DNA from: an uncultured Fretibacterium sp.
GTDB taxonomy: Bacteria > Synergistota > Synergistia > Synergistales > Aminobacteriaceae
Direction of reading: 5' to 3'
DNA: 64,000 nucleotides
NCBI GenBank assembly: GCA_937915755.1
Contig: CALGGR010000325.1
Coordinates: 6,591-70,590 of the forward strand
Made by a program: the position numbers and the translations under genes. Below the pieces are notes generated by a model. The model had not been told where the DNA came from. It was given only the letters and a program-made list of their open reading frames with translations, and made no database searches. Each line of letters starts with the position of its first letter. The stretch's first letter is position 1. Shown here piece by piece: positions 16,926 through 25,564 of this stretch.

Positions 16926-17999
16926 TTACCCCCTGTCCCTGAACATTAAGCCTACGAAGACGCAGAAAACGAGACCGATTACCGTAACATGCACTCCGTA
17001 TGCTCCGATGCCCGCGCCGCTTGAAGCCGCCGAGAAGTTATGAGCAACCGCCGCGCCCGCGAGCATTCCGATGACAAATATTCCAGCGTCAGAGTCTCCT
17101 TCACCCGCCATGATGAGCTGACGACCCGGACAGCCTCCCGCGAGAGTGAAAGCAAGTCCCGAAAGAACCATGCCCAAGAAGTTCCAGAGTTCATTTGTGT
17201 GGGCTACAGGCTGACCCTCAAAGCCGGGTTTGAAAGTTCCAAGCGCGTAATTTGCGGCAAAGGCTACGACCGTGAAAGCTATTATGCCCTTGAGCAAATA
17301 GGCATCACCCATCATGAGGAAATCACGGATTGCCCCGACCGTGCAGAATCTGCTCCTCTGAGCAAGCCAGCCGACAATCAATCCCGCGCCGAGTGCCAAC
17401 AACACAGGAGCGTGCATTGAGCCTGGCCCGCTTGTCGAGAAGAATATCGGTGCATTCTCTCCGAATTTAGGTGCGAGGAACAAGAACGCGAGAAGTGCTG
17501 CGGCTATCAACGGCATGATTAAGCCCGCTGCTTTCGGATTAGACTCTGATGCTCCGAGACTAAAGCCGTTCCACAAGAACACTATCCCTATGAGTACACC
17601 GACTATCAGGCCGCCGACCCCGTAGAGTGCGTTCCAGTCTCCGCCGGCAACACGGAGATATGCTCTCCAAGGGCAGCCGAGAAACACTAACGCTCCCAGC
17701 ATTGCGAAGAGTCCGAGTCCGAAGCGAACTGCGGGCGATGAGCCTCCGCGCGGGGAATACTCGCGGAATATCAGCGATGAGATGAACGAACCGAGAATGA
17801 AGCCAGGAATCTCGGGGCGTATGTACTGCACAACTCCAGCCCTGTGGAAGCCCAATGCTCCGGCGATGTCGCGCGTGAAACACGCAACGCAGAATCCCAT
17901 GTTGCCGGGATTTCCGAAGTGCGCGAGTGCAACTGCTATTAACCCGATTAGACCGCCGGCGATCCACGGGCCATGACGTGATGTTAATGCTTTGTCCAT
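16926..17999 (-). CDS. yedE: YedE/YeeE-family putative selenium/thiosulfate transporter
   Basis: It is a multi-TM protein with two conserved Cys-containing reentrant motifs (MGFCVACFTRD and SRFCTVGAIRD) and a third (GGCPGRQ). AGGAGG lies upstream of the ATG. Confidence 0.7.
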   Translation of the reverse strand: MDKALTSRHGPWIAGGLIGLIAVALAHFGNPGNMGFCVACFTRDIAGALGFHRAGVVQYIRPEIPGFILGSFISSLIFREYSPRGGSSPAVRFGLGLFAMLGALVFLGCPWRAYLRVAGGDWNALYGVGGLIVGVLIGIVFLWNGFSLGASESNPKAAGLIMPLIAAALLAFLFLAPKFGENAPIFFSTSGPGSMHAPVLLALGAGLIVGWLAQRSRFCTVGAIRDFLMMGDAYLLKGIIAFTVVAFAANYALGTFKPGFEGQPVAHTNELWNFLGMVLSGLAFTLAGGCPGRQLIMAGEGDSDAGIFVIGMLAGAAVAHNFSAASSGAGIGAYGVHVTVIGLVFCVFVGLMFRDRG

Positions 18000-18135
18000 G
18001 AAAATTTATTCCTCCTTAAATTATTTCACCCCCCTTGATTTTAGGACATAAAAGAAGGGGAGCAATAACGCAAAAAGCAACGCCTTTTGTAACGTTTTAA
18101 CTCACATTAAAGATACTCCCCTTTAACGTTTTTCA

Positions 18136-19440
18136 TTATTCCGTGAATACTGTCTGACCTGTAACTTCGGTCTGCAATGCTTTTAATCCGCGTTCGACGA
18201 GAGACCTTCGGATAGCCTTCTCCTCGTCCGGAGTCTTTGAAGGGTCTCCGAATGGGTGGGGTATTGCTATTGTCGGCACAATCCTGTTTGCTCCTACAGT
18301 CTGCGAAATCGGGACTATCGTACACATATGGACAACCGGAAGTTTTCGTTCAATCTCCTTCACCATCGTTGCACCGCAACGAGTGCATGTTCCTCAGGTT
18401 GACGTTAGTATGACCGCAGTAACTCCGTCATTAACGAGACGGTTCACGATTTCAGCACCGAATTTCTTTGCGTTTGCGACTGATGTACCGTTTCCGACGG
18501 TGGCATAGAACTTGTTGTGAAGTTTGCCGATTACACCCTCGCGCTCCAAATCCCTCAACACATCAACAGGCAATACTCTGTCAGCGTCCTGGTCAGCGTA
18601 TGTAGCGTCATAGCCTCCGTGAGCCGTGCAGTAAGTCTCGCCGGTGAGGTCTGTTACGCCCGTGATGTCGTATTCGCCGAATTTGCTCGCACTTGAAGCC
18701 TCGATGTGGTCAGGGTTTCCCTTTGGGCAAATTCCGCCTGAAGTTACGAGTGCTATTGTCGCGTGAGCCATGTCCTTGACTGCGGGCTGAGGGTCTACTC
18801 TGTCGAACACAGGCATCTTGTACTCGGTCTCGAAAGTTTCACCCTTCAGCTTCGACACGAACATGTCAACGCATCTTTCAGCGGCTAATTTCTCGTAGAA
18901 CATGTTTTTACGGATACCGCGCTCGATGTAACCCTCTGTTTCAGGTTTGCCGATTGCCTCACCCTTCATGAGTTTTAGGGCAAGTTTCGCCATCGCCGGG
19001 ACAGCCTTTCGCATTCCCACCGCGCTGTCAGGGGTCTCGATTATCCAGGCTGATTTTTTGTACATTTCAACGCCGGGATTCTCGGGGTACATTCCTGAGA
19101 TTACGGGTATTCCGAACTCCTTAGACACCGCCGCGCACATTGCCCCGCAAGCCGTGCCGTAACGCCCAGCATTAAAAGCCGGCCCTGCGATGAACGCGTC
19201 AGGCTGGTACTTCCTCATCATTTCGAGAATGTCAGCCGCAGCTTTGTCCATGTTCGAGGCAAAATACGAATCCCCGCATATCACGGTCGCAACGATTTCG
19301 GCCTCACCCTTGAATGCCCCCTTAAATGCCATGCCCGGCCCTACGACACCTTCGCGGATTTCGGGCGTGTAATCTGCCTTTTCCTCACCGCCTATTCCTG
19401 CGTAGAACTGGTTGATGTAATGTATGACTTTGAATGACAT
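18136..19440 (-). CDS. grdB: Glycine reductase complex selenoprotein B (GrdB), with in-frame TGA = Sec at 18394..18396
   Basis: Track ORFs 18394..19449 and 18136..18366 are in one frame. Joined, they read ...AVILTST-U-GTCTRCGATMVKEIE..., the GrdB selenocysteine motif. I chose the ATG at 19440 (MSFKVIHYINQF) because AGGAGG lies 8 nt upstream. Confidence 0.9.
18367..18396 (-). promoter_or_regulatory. Sec UGA plus candidate SECIS hairpin of grdB
   Basis: The sequence is UGA GGAACAUGCACU followed by CGUUGC-GGU-GCAACG. That 6-bp stem with a GGU loop starts 15 nt after the UGA's first base. The 15-nt hairpin is identical in the second protein-B selenoprotein gene. Confidence 0.6.
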
Positions 19441-19452
19441 TGTTCTCACCTC

Positions 19453-20745
19453 CTATAGCGTGTATGCTCCGAGCCTCGTATAGCCCAATTCGCTTGTAGC
19501 CCCTGTGATTGCCTGAAGCTCAACCGTTATAGAGCCATCATCAGCGAGTGAACCGTTCCAGCCTCCAGCGATTACGTTCGCCTCCTCAGCATAGCCGATG
19601 ACCTTCTCCATTGCGGGAAGATGAATAACCTCGTTAGCGTTTCCGGCGGTTACACATGCGTTTCCTTCAGGACATGAGTCCGCGAGCGACTGACTTGCTC
19701 CGTCCTGCCCCGCGTATTCGTCGGTCAAAAGAGCTGTCTTTATGCCGAGACGTTCAGCTTTCCAGCAGTTCATGATGAGGTCAGCGTCAGGATTCCCGAA
19801 GCCCTCCTCAGTGATTACGAGGCCATCAAGTCCGAGCATTGCCGCTAGTTTCGTGGCATATGATGAGCTTCTTCGCTTGTCTGCGAGTGTAACGTTCTCG
19901 TTCGTAACTATGCAGGCTACGAAGTTGAAATCCTTTCCGTGACGCTTCAACATGTCAGCGATGACGGGGTTGTTCTGGTGTGAGTACGTGCTGTTCTTGT
20001 CGCAGGCAGATACACAGTTCCCAGACACTATTGCTCCGTCCATGACCTCAAGCGGAGAGATTATCGTCGGGAGTATTCGCTTGACATCAACGCCGTAAAG
20101 GTAAGTGTCATGAAGCAAGCCTTGTGTCTGTAGCATGTAGAGGTAGCCTACTTTCGGAAGCTCTGGAAAACTATTCATGCCCTCGCGGATATTTGCCTGC
20201 TCGTAGACATCGACGGTATCAGCTTTGACCTCCGCGCACGACTTTGCGAGATATGCCGCCGCTTTAAGCCCCGCCATTCTGCAAGCCTTCTCGTAATCGT
20301 GCTTGTCCATGTTCGGGTCAGAAGGTTCGAGAACGAGGACGACGTTGCATGTCTTGGAGTACGGTGTGTAATCAGCTCCAGGCCCCGACATGTCGATTAT
20401 TCCCTCCTGAAATCGCACCAGCTTTCCGGCCGTGAGTACAGCACAGCCAGTGAGGACTAATGTCTTTCCCTCGCCGACCGTCTCAACATCACTCAGCATT
20501 CCCGGAAAAACCTGACCGCTTCCCTCAATCTTCCAGCGCGGTTCGATGACATCTTTTACGGGCATTACGCGCACTTTTTCGCCGGGCATAGCAATATCAA
20601 CGTCGAGATTTTTCCCGAGCAGCGGATCTTCAGCTATGAGCGAAAGTAATTCGGCCTTGTTGACGCTGAGAGTACCGTCAGCAAAACCAGTCTTGTCGGA
20701 AAATTTCAGGCTCTTAACGTTAAGCCTGTGAAGTTCCAGTCTCAA
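19453..20745 (-). CDS. grdE: Glycine reductase protein B proprotein GrdE (alpha/beta subunits)
   Basis: The N-terminus is MRLELHRLNVKSLKFSDKT. An internal SGNC motif sits at the expected self-cleavage / pyruvoyl-forming Cys. The start is TTG with AGGAGG 8 nt upstream. It is immediately upstream of grdB. Confidence 0.8.
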   Translation of the reverse strand: MRLELHRLNVKSLKFSDKTGFADGTLSVNKAELLSLIAEDPLLGKNLDVDIAMPGEKVRVMPVKDVIEPRWKIEGSGQVFPGMLSDVETVGEGKTLVLTGCAVLTAGKLVRFQEGIIDMSGPGADYTPYSKTCNVVLVLEPSDPNMDKHDYEKACRMAGLKAAAYLAKSCAEVKADTVDVYEQANIREGMNSFPELPKVGYLYMLQTQGLLHDTYLYGVDVKRILPTIISPLEVMDGAIVSGNCVSACDKNSTYSHQNNPVIADMLKRHGKDFNFVACIVTNENVTLADKRRSSSYATKLAAMLGLDGLVITEEGFGNPDADLIMNCWKAERLGIKTALLTDEYAGQDGASQSLADSCPEGNACVTAGNANEVIHLPAMEKVIGYAEEANVIAGGWNGSLADDGSITVELQAITGATSELGYTRLGAYTL

Positions 20746-20748
20746 AAT

Positions 20749-21165
20749 TCATTCCTCCTTCATTGATAACAACGGAGCAGCATCAAGGTTTTGATGACTA
20801 ATCAGCCCGTACTGCTCAAGGCTCTCCCTCAACAGCTCGGAATCTATGTACGCATAATCAGCCCGCGTGTCCTCGTCAAGTTCATTCGGCGTGATTAACT
20901 TGCAGGACTCGTAGACATGCACAGCTTCTTCAATTATTGAGAGGGATTCCATTTCGGCAGGCCCTTTCAGACTGTCAATCAATACTGACCTGAAAGGCTG
21001 ATGATTTGGCCTGAGATTACCGCACAGGGGGTGGGTGATGATTTTGCTTCCAAGATGAACAAGGCTTCGGACACGAATCAGAACATCAAGCGAAGAACCG
21101 TCAATGAGTTCCGCGTTTTTGATGTTCGAGAATAAATCCGAGTTGTTGGTAATCAACGTAAGCAT
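20749..21165 (-). CDS. grdX: GrdX-family protein (glycine reductase operon-associated, function unknown)
   Basis: The 138-aa protein has an N-terminal LITNN motif and THPLCGNLRPNHQPFRSV, resembling GrdX as I remember it. It sits first in the grdE-grdB unit. Confidence 0.55.
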   Translation of the reverse strand: MLTLITNNSDLFSNIKNAELIDGSSLDVLIRVRSLVHLGSKIITHPLCGNLRPNHQPFRSVLIDSLKGPAEMESLSIIEEAVHVYESCKLITPNELDEDTRADYAYIDSELLRESLEQYGLISHQNLDAAPLLSMKEE

Positions 21166-21245
21166 AAATCAAAGCCCTCCTCCTGTATCTTCTGCATCTG
21201 TTGCCGTTAATACAGACGAACAAAAAGGCTTCAGAAGACCTGTCG

Positions 21246-21335
21246 GGATACAATTCTTTTGCCTGAGAGTTTCACAGTGTTGAAAGTTTGCCCCTTCGGC
21301 GGCCCGTAAGACTATAAAGGCTCTCTCGTGTATCC
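21246..21335 (-). promoter_or_regulatory. Glycine riboswitch, single aptamer
   Basis: The minus strand reads GGATACA-CGAGAGAGCC...GGGCCGCCGAAGGGGCAA...CTCTCAGGCAAAAGAAT-TGTATCC. P1 is GGATACA/TGTATCC. The hallmark CGCCGAAGGGGCAA and CTCAGGCAAAAG blocks are present. A TATAAT box lies at 21373..21378 upstream. Downstream, CTGTAT...ATACAGGAGG can pair across the RBS. Confidence 0.8.
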
Positions 21336-21442
21336 GTCTTTCAGGTATGATTGAATGTGAACCGATAGAGAAATTATACTATAACTGTGAATTGGAAGGT
21401 AAGAAAAAACTGCCCCTGTGTGATTTCAGAGGCAGTATATTT

Positions 21443-21664
21443 TTACTCGTCTATGTCGTGGTAGCCTGCTACCTGTATTTTCTTATCGCCCGCAATTTCC
21501 TCAACCTTGCTTCTCATTTCGCACGGAAATTCACAGGCAAGCCCGCAGCTTGATGACAGCTTTCGCGGAACAGGCGCAATCCTCGCGTTAATTCCCGCAC
21601 CCCTGCATGTCCTCTCGAACATTAAGGCGGCACTCGTTGTCTTGAACGTAGCCAGGCAGCTCAC
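21443..21664 (-). CDS. DUF3343 (putative Se/S carrier-like) protein
   Basis: The 73-aa protein shows the family pattern ...ATFKTTSAALMFERTCRGAGINARIAPVPRKLSSSCGLACEF. Its GTG start overlaps the grdD stop (TAGTG). Confidence 0.55.
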   Translation of the reverse strand: MSCLATFKTTSAALMFERTCRGAGINARIAPVPRKLSSSCGLACEFPCEMRSKVEEIAGDKKIQVAGYHDIDE

Positions 21665-22809
21665 TACAGATAACCGTTAGCTTTCAGGATTTCGGCGGCC
21701 TTGCTCATATGACGGGCAGGCATCTTTATTACAGGCCCTGTACAGCCCATAGCACTCTCCGCGTAAATTCCTTCCTTCCAGAGAACTTTTACGGCGTTGT
21801 CGATTTCGAGAACGTCAATCCCGTGAAGCTCATCGTCCGTAGGCTCTGCGGGAGGTGCCTTGACTTCCTCAGCCTGTGCCGTCTTAGGCGTTAGTGCCTC
21901 TATCTCGTCATCGAGACCCGCTTTCCTTGCGGCCTTGAGTTCGTCAGCGACCTTCTCAGGAAGACTGCCCGCAATGACGCTCGCAGTAAATGCCAAAGCG
22001 TTTGCGATTACCGGCGCACCAGACGCACGCGAAACGATGGAGACGACATTCTTCCAGCCCTCGCCGCATGAAGGCCCGTAGCCCCAGCCCGTAGCCTCGT
22101 AGCTTCCGCCCGTCGTGAACGATGAGAACATCTTTACGAGTACGTTCCCTGTCAGCGTGTCCGTAACGCAAATGTCAACGGCACCCGTGAGAATGTCATT
22201 GCCCCTGAGTACGCTTCCACCGTCTGCCCTTGTCGACGTTCCGAACGTAACATCATAGCCTTTCTCCTTCATTCGCGTTAATGCCCTGAATACAGGCTGT
22301 GCGGTGTCAACATTCAATATTCCGACTGTAGGATTTGTGATGCCGAGTGCCTTTGCGACCGCGATTCCGTAGACAGCATTGCGTAACATTGCTTCGCCTC
22401 TCACGGTTGACGATGTTCCTGTTGTCGACGCGAGAATCATCGGTCTTCCGCGTCCTGGCGTGAAAACTCTCCCTATTGTAGTAACGCCCAGAGGGAACGG
22501 GAAGTGCATCGCCACAGCCCCCGCAACCTCGCTATTCTTCACGGCCTCCTCAAGCCTCGCGGGAATTTCGCACTCCTCGCATTCTATGTACTCCAAATCC
22601 TCATAGCCTTTGACCTTTGGCCCAATGAGTACTGGGATTACGCTGCTTGAGTTCTGGAGGGCCAGTGCTGCGCCTCTTGCTATCTCCTCAGCTCCATGCT
22701 CACTTCCTGATGCCATGAGGCCGACGCGAGTTTTCGGGCCGCCTGACTTTGCGCTCTCGATAATCTCACTCAGTGCCTCACCGACTAATTTCTTGATTAC
22801 GTCCGACAT
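21664..22809 (-). CDS. grdD: Glycine reductase complex protein C, alpha subunit GrdD
   Basis: The 381-aa protein follows grdC by 2 nt. It has a PlsX/FabH-like fold, and its size and order match grdC-grdD. Confidence 0.75.
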   Translation of the reverse strand: MSDVIKKLVGEALSEIIESAKSGGPKTRVGLMASGSEHGAEEIARGAALALQNSSSVIPVLIGPKVKGYEDLEYIECEECEIPARLEEAVKNSEVAGAVAMHFPFPLGVTTIGRVFTPGRGRPMILASTTGTSSTVRGEAMLRNAVYGIAVAKALGITNPTVGILNVDTAQPVFRALTRMKEKGYDVTFGTSTRADGGSVLRGNDILTGAVDICVTDTLTGNVLVKMFSSFTTGGSYEATGWGYGPSCGEGWKNVVSIVSRASGAPVIANALAFTASVIAGSLPEKVADELKAARKAGLDDEIEALTPKTAQAEEVKAPPAEPTDDELHGIDVLEIDNAVKVLWKEGIYAESAMGCTGPVIKMPARHMSKAAEILKANGYL

Positions 22810-22811
22810 TT

Positions 22812-24353
22812 TTACGCCAACTTTCCGGCAACTTCACCAAGTGCCTCAAGAATCATTGCCTTTATGTCGTCCTTGCTGACTGATGAAGTTTTTGCGACTG
22901 GTTCGGGCTTCTCAATGAGGAACGATGCACCGTCGGCCAAGTTCGTCAGCCTTGCGAGGAAAAGCGAGCCTTTCCCGATGATCATCGCGCGCTTTATTTT
23001 GCCCTCTTTAATCATCTCACATGCCGGCCCAATGAACGGTACGCCTGCGGGGATATGCCCCTGAGTGTGAGCGTATCCGATTGTCCCGTGCTTCTTGATG
23101 AAATCCATCATTGCGGGCTTCTCGATGGCTTTCTTCATTACAGCGAGTGCCGCGATCATCTTTATGTTAGCGAGAGGAACGTTTCCAGCTCCTGCCGGCT
23201 CTGTGATTTCGTGGTTCTGAAGTTCGGGAGCGTAACGGTCAACATCTGTAAACGTTAGCCCCGCTGCCTGCAAAGGCTCAAACGTCAACGCACTCGTTAC
23301 AGCCTGAGGAGCACCGCCCGCACCTACTGTGTGTTTACCCAGAACGTCAAGCCTCATAACCGGCATAGTCCCGTCGTCAGGAACAAGCAAGACAGCGAAA
23401 CTTCCAACGCAATCCTCAAGGGCGGTTAAATTTTTCTTCACGTGGTCGCGTGAGTTCATGTAGAGTTTTGGGATTGACCCTCCAGCAACAACGGCGATGT
23501 TCTTCCTTGCGCCCGAAGCAACCTGAGAAGCAGCGTTAATCATTGCGTTCACTGGCCCGGCGCAGAAGCCTCTGACATCACAGCCCGACGCGTTCACGCA
23601 CCCTGCAACCTCAGCGATTGCCTTTGCGAAATTTCCGCCTGCTCTCTGACCTACATCACCCGCGCCCTCCTCTGAACACTCAATAACGAAGTCGAGGTCA
23701 TTGGGATTAAGTCCGCTGTTCTTGAGGAGATGGAGGAGTGCTAGAACTCCCGACGCTTTTCCCGCGAGGTTCTCAAGCAGTACGTGAGCTGTGAGGCACT
23801 GGTCTGTGGGGTGTCCGCTTCTTATGCAGCCTACGGGGGCGTTGTTGTGGTAGAGGTAAAGCCCTGAACGCTCCTTGACTTCGGTCTCAATCTCTGAGAG
23901 TTCGTGCATGTTCTTTGGACGAACCACACGCTTGACGATTGCCTCTGTGATTACGGGGTCTTCGGCTAACTTTTTGCTCACTTCTTCGGCAAAATTCTTT
24001 TCAAGCCAGACAAGTTCAAACTCGTCGCACGCGCTTATGAGTCCCAAGAACTCATCTTCAGGCATAAGCTCACCGAACTTCCCGAAACGATTTGCCTTTT
24101 CGTCAGGAAGCGGATTGTTCACCCAGCCCGAAGGAAGTCCCTCGAACTCCTCGTAGCTTATTCCGCCGATGTACGTCTGGTTCGGAGCGTAATGCAACGC
24201 CTGCTCGTAGGTCTGAAGATGCTTAGGGAGCGCGTCGAGGTATTCCTGCTCCTTTCCGCTGTGAGCGGCTTCGTAGGGTGTTCCGCCGTAATGGCTTCCG
24301 GTTTCGGGCGCATGGTTCAGGCAATAAGAATAACTCTTGATTCCAACCTTCAT
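22812..24353 (-). CDS. grdC: Glycine reductase complex protein C, beta subunit GrdC
   Basis: The 513-aa protein has a thiolase/ketosynthase-like fold (GCDVRGFCAGPVNA). Its position directly follows grdA. Confidence 0.75.
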   Translation of the reverse strand: MKVGIKSYSYCLNHAPETGSHYGGTPYEAAHSGKEQEYLDALPKHLQTYEQALHYAPNQTYIGGISYEEFEGLPSGWVNNPLPDEKANRFGKFGELMPEDEFLGLISACDEFELVWLEKNFAEEVSKKLAEDPVITEAIVKRVVRPKNMHELSEIETEVKERSGLYLYHNNAPVGCIRSGHPTDQCLTAHVLLENLAGKASGVLALLHLLKNSGLNPNDLDFVIECSEEGAGDVGQRAGGNFAKAIAEVAGCVNASGCDVRGFCAGPVNAMINAASQVASGARKNIAVVAGGSIPKLYMNSRDHVKKNLTALEDCVGSFAVLLVPDDGTMPVMRLDVLGKHTVGAGGAPQAVTSALTFEPLQAAGLTFTDVDRYAPELQNHEITEPAGAGNVPLANIKMIAALAVMKKAIEKPAMMDFIKKHGTIGYAHTQGHIPAGVPFIGPACEMIKEGKIKRAMIIGKGSLFLARLTNLADGASFLIEKPEPVAKTSSVSKDDIKAMILEALGEVAGKLA

Positions 24354-24430
24354 TGTTTATTCTCCGTTCATGATAAAGAAAAATGCACGGAGCTTTTGAA
24401 TTTCCCCGTGCATAAAAATCTCAGAATGCT

Positions 24431-24907
24431 TTATTCAATAACATCTTTGCTGTACTGGTCGCGCATACCTTTGACTGCTTCGGCTAATGCGTCGGGTTCG
24501 AGTACCATTTCCATCATGCTGATCTGTTCTTCCCAAGCTGCCGGATCGCATTCAGCTCTGATTACAGGATCAAAAATATGATACACAGGGAGTTCCAACG
24601 AAACTCCGGCGAGTGGGCCTGCATAAGTCGGGTCTCCTGCTGCAACTGTCTCGGCGTAAATCTCCGCGCCTTCCGCGTCAGATGAGCCAAGAATTACGAT
24701 ACAGTCCGTCCCATACTTTTCACCAGCGTCCTTAACTCTCTGCTGGTTCTGCAAGTCCATCGCACCTGCGGCCGTTCAGACAAAGCACTCGGTCGCTGAG
24801 AATATTATCTCTGCGCCGCTGTCTTTGAGACATGCTTCCATTGCAGGGCCGGGAACACCATCGCGTTCACCGAGAAGCAACAATTTCTTTCCTGCAAGTT
24901 TCCCCAT
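24431..24907 (-). CDS. grdA: Glycine reductase selenoprotein A (GrdA), with in-frame TGA = Sec at 24776..24778
   Basis: Extending track ORF 24431..24760 upstream gives [56 protein letters not shown]..., the GrdA CxxU redox motif. The total is 158 codons. Confidence 0.9.
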
Positions 24908-24997
24908 GTCTGACACCTTCCCTTCGTTAAAATTTTTTGTTAGCTGACTGATTGAAAACCGGAATTTTTTATCTCCTGTACTTCATTCCTTCTGAAA

Positions 24998-25336
24998 CTA
25001 CCCTACAAGCTCGTCGACTTTGGCCGTGATAGCCTCGATTGTGAGGTCATCTCCGCCTAGTCTTGCTACCTCCTGCCCCTCCTTGTAGAACAAGAAAGTG
25101 GGCTGTGCCATAACAGCAGGACGCACCATCATTGCGACCCTGCGGTTCTTCGACGTATCGACTGAGCAGAACTTGAACTTCCCCTCGTACTTGGGATTTT
25201 CAGCAAGCTCATGATACTTAGGCATCAACGCCATGCAAGGCCCGCACTTAGGCCCCCAGAAGTCAAGCACAGCAGGTACTGGGCTGTTCTTGAACTCGGC
25301 CTCGAAATTCTCCTTTGTTATTTCAACGACTGCCAA
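24998..25336 (-). CDS. trxA: Thioredoxin
   Basis: The active site is WGPKCGPC. I chose the TTG at 25336 (GAGGTG 6 nt upstream), which gives 112 aa. The track ATG at 25384 would add a non-conserved 16-aa leader. Confidence 0.75.
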   Translation of the reverse strand: MAVVEITKENFEAEFKNSPVPAVLDFWGPKCGPCMALMPKYHELAENPKYEGKFKFCSVDTSKNRRVAMMVRPAVMAQPTFLFYKEGQEVARLGGDDLTIEAITAKVDELVG

Positions 25337-25564
25337 CGTAATCACCTCGAATTTCACTTGGGAATTTAGGCTAATTTTCGTCAAAAAATCCCTTTATGTC
25401 AACACTAAAAATAATTATGGAACTTATAACATTTTTCACTATTGAATTTATATTTTACTTGCAAGAAAATTTCACAAGCTGAATTGATTGAAACTTACTC
25501 GGAAATTTATTATCGGACTGACTTCATATTGTCATCAAAAAAATCAAAGGATGTGAAGTTCAGT

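Noticed and set aside
18107-18366. Track ORFs 18107..18325 and 27950..28159 overlap the C-terminal parts of the two grdB-family genes in other frames.
   Set aside because: The in-frame continuation after the Sec codon gives the conserved GrdB C-terminus, so the alternative frames are shadows.
20743-20751. The grdX stop is TGA and is in the same frame as the grdE start two codons later (TGA ATT TTG). This raised the idea of a Sec read-through GrdX-GrdE fusion.
   Set aside because: A strong AGGAGG lies 8 nt upstream of the TTG, which supports independent initiation. I see no SECIS-like hairpin after the TGA. As far as I know, GrdX and GrdE are separate proteins in characterised systems.
24354-24430. 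I asked whether the grdA-grdC spacer or the region after the grdA UGA holds a clear SECIS or regulatory hairpin.
   Set aside because: Only short, ambiguous pairings (CGCA-GG-TGCG and CCAGC...GCTGG) are visible after the grdA UGA. I could not define a structure with confidence.
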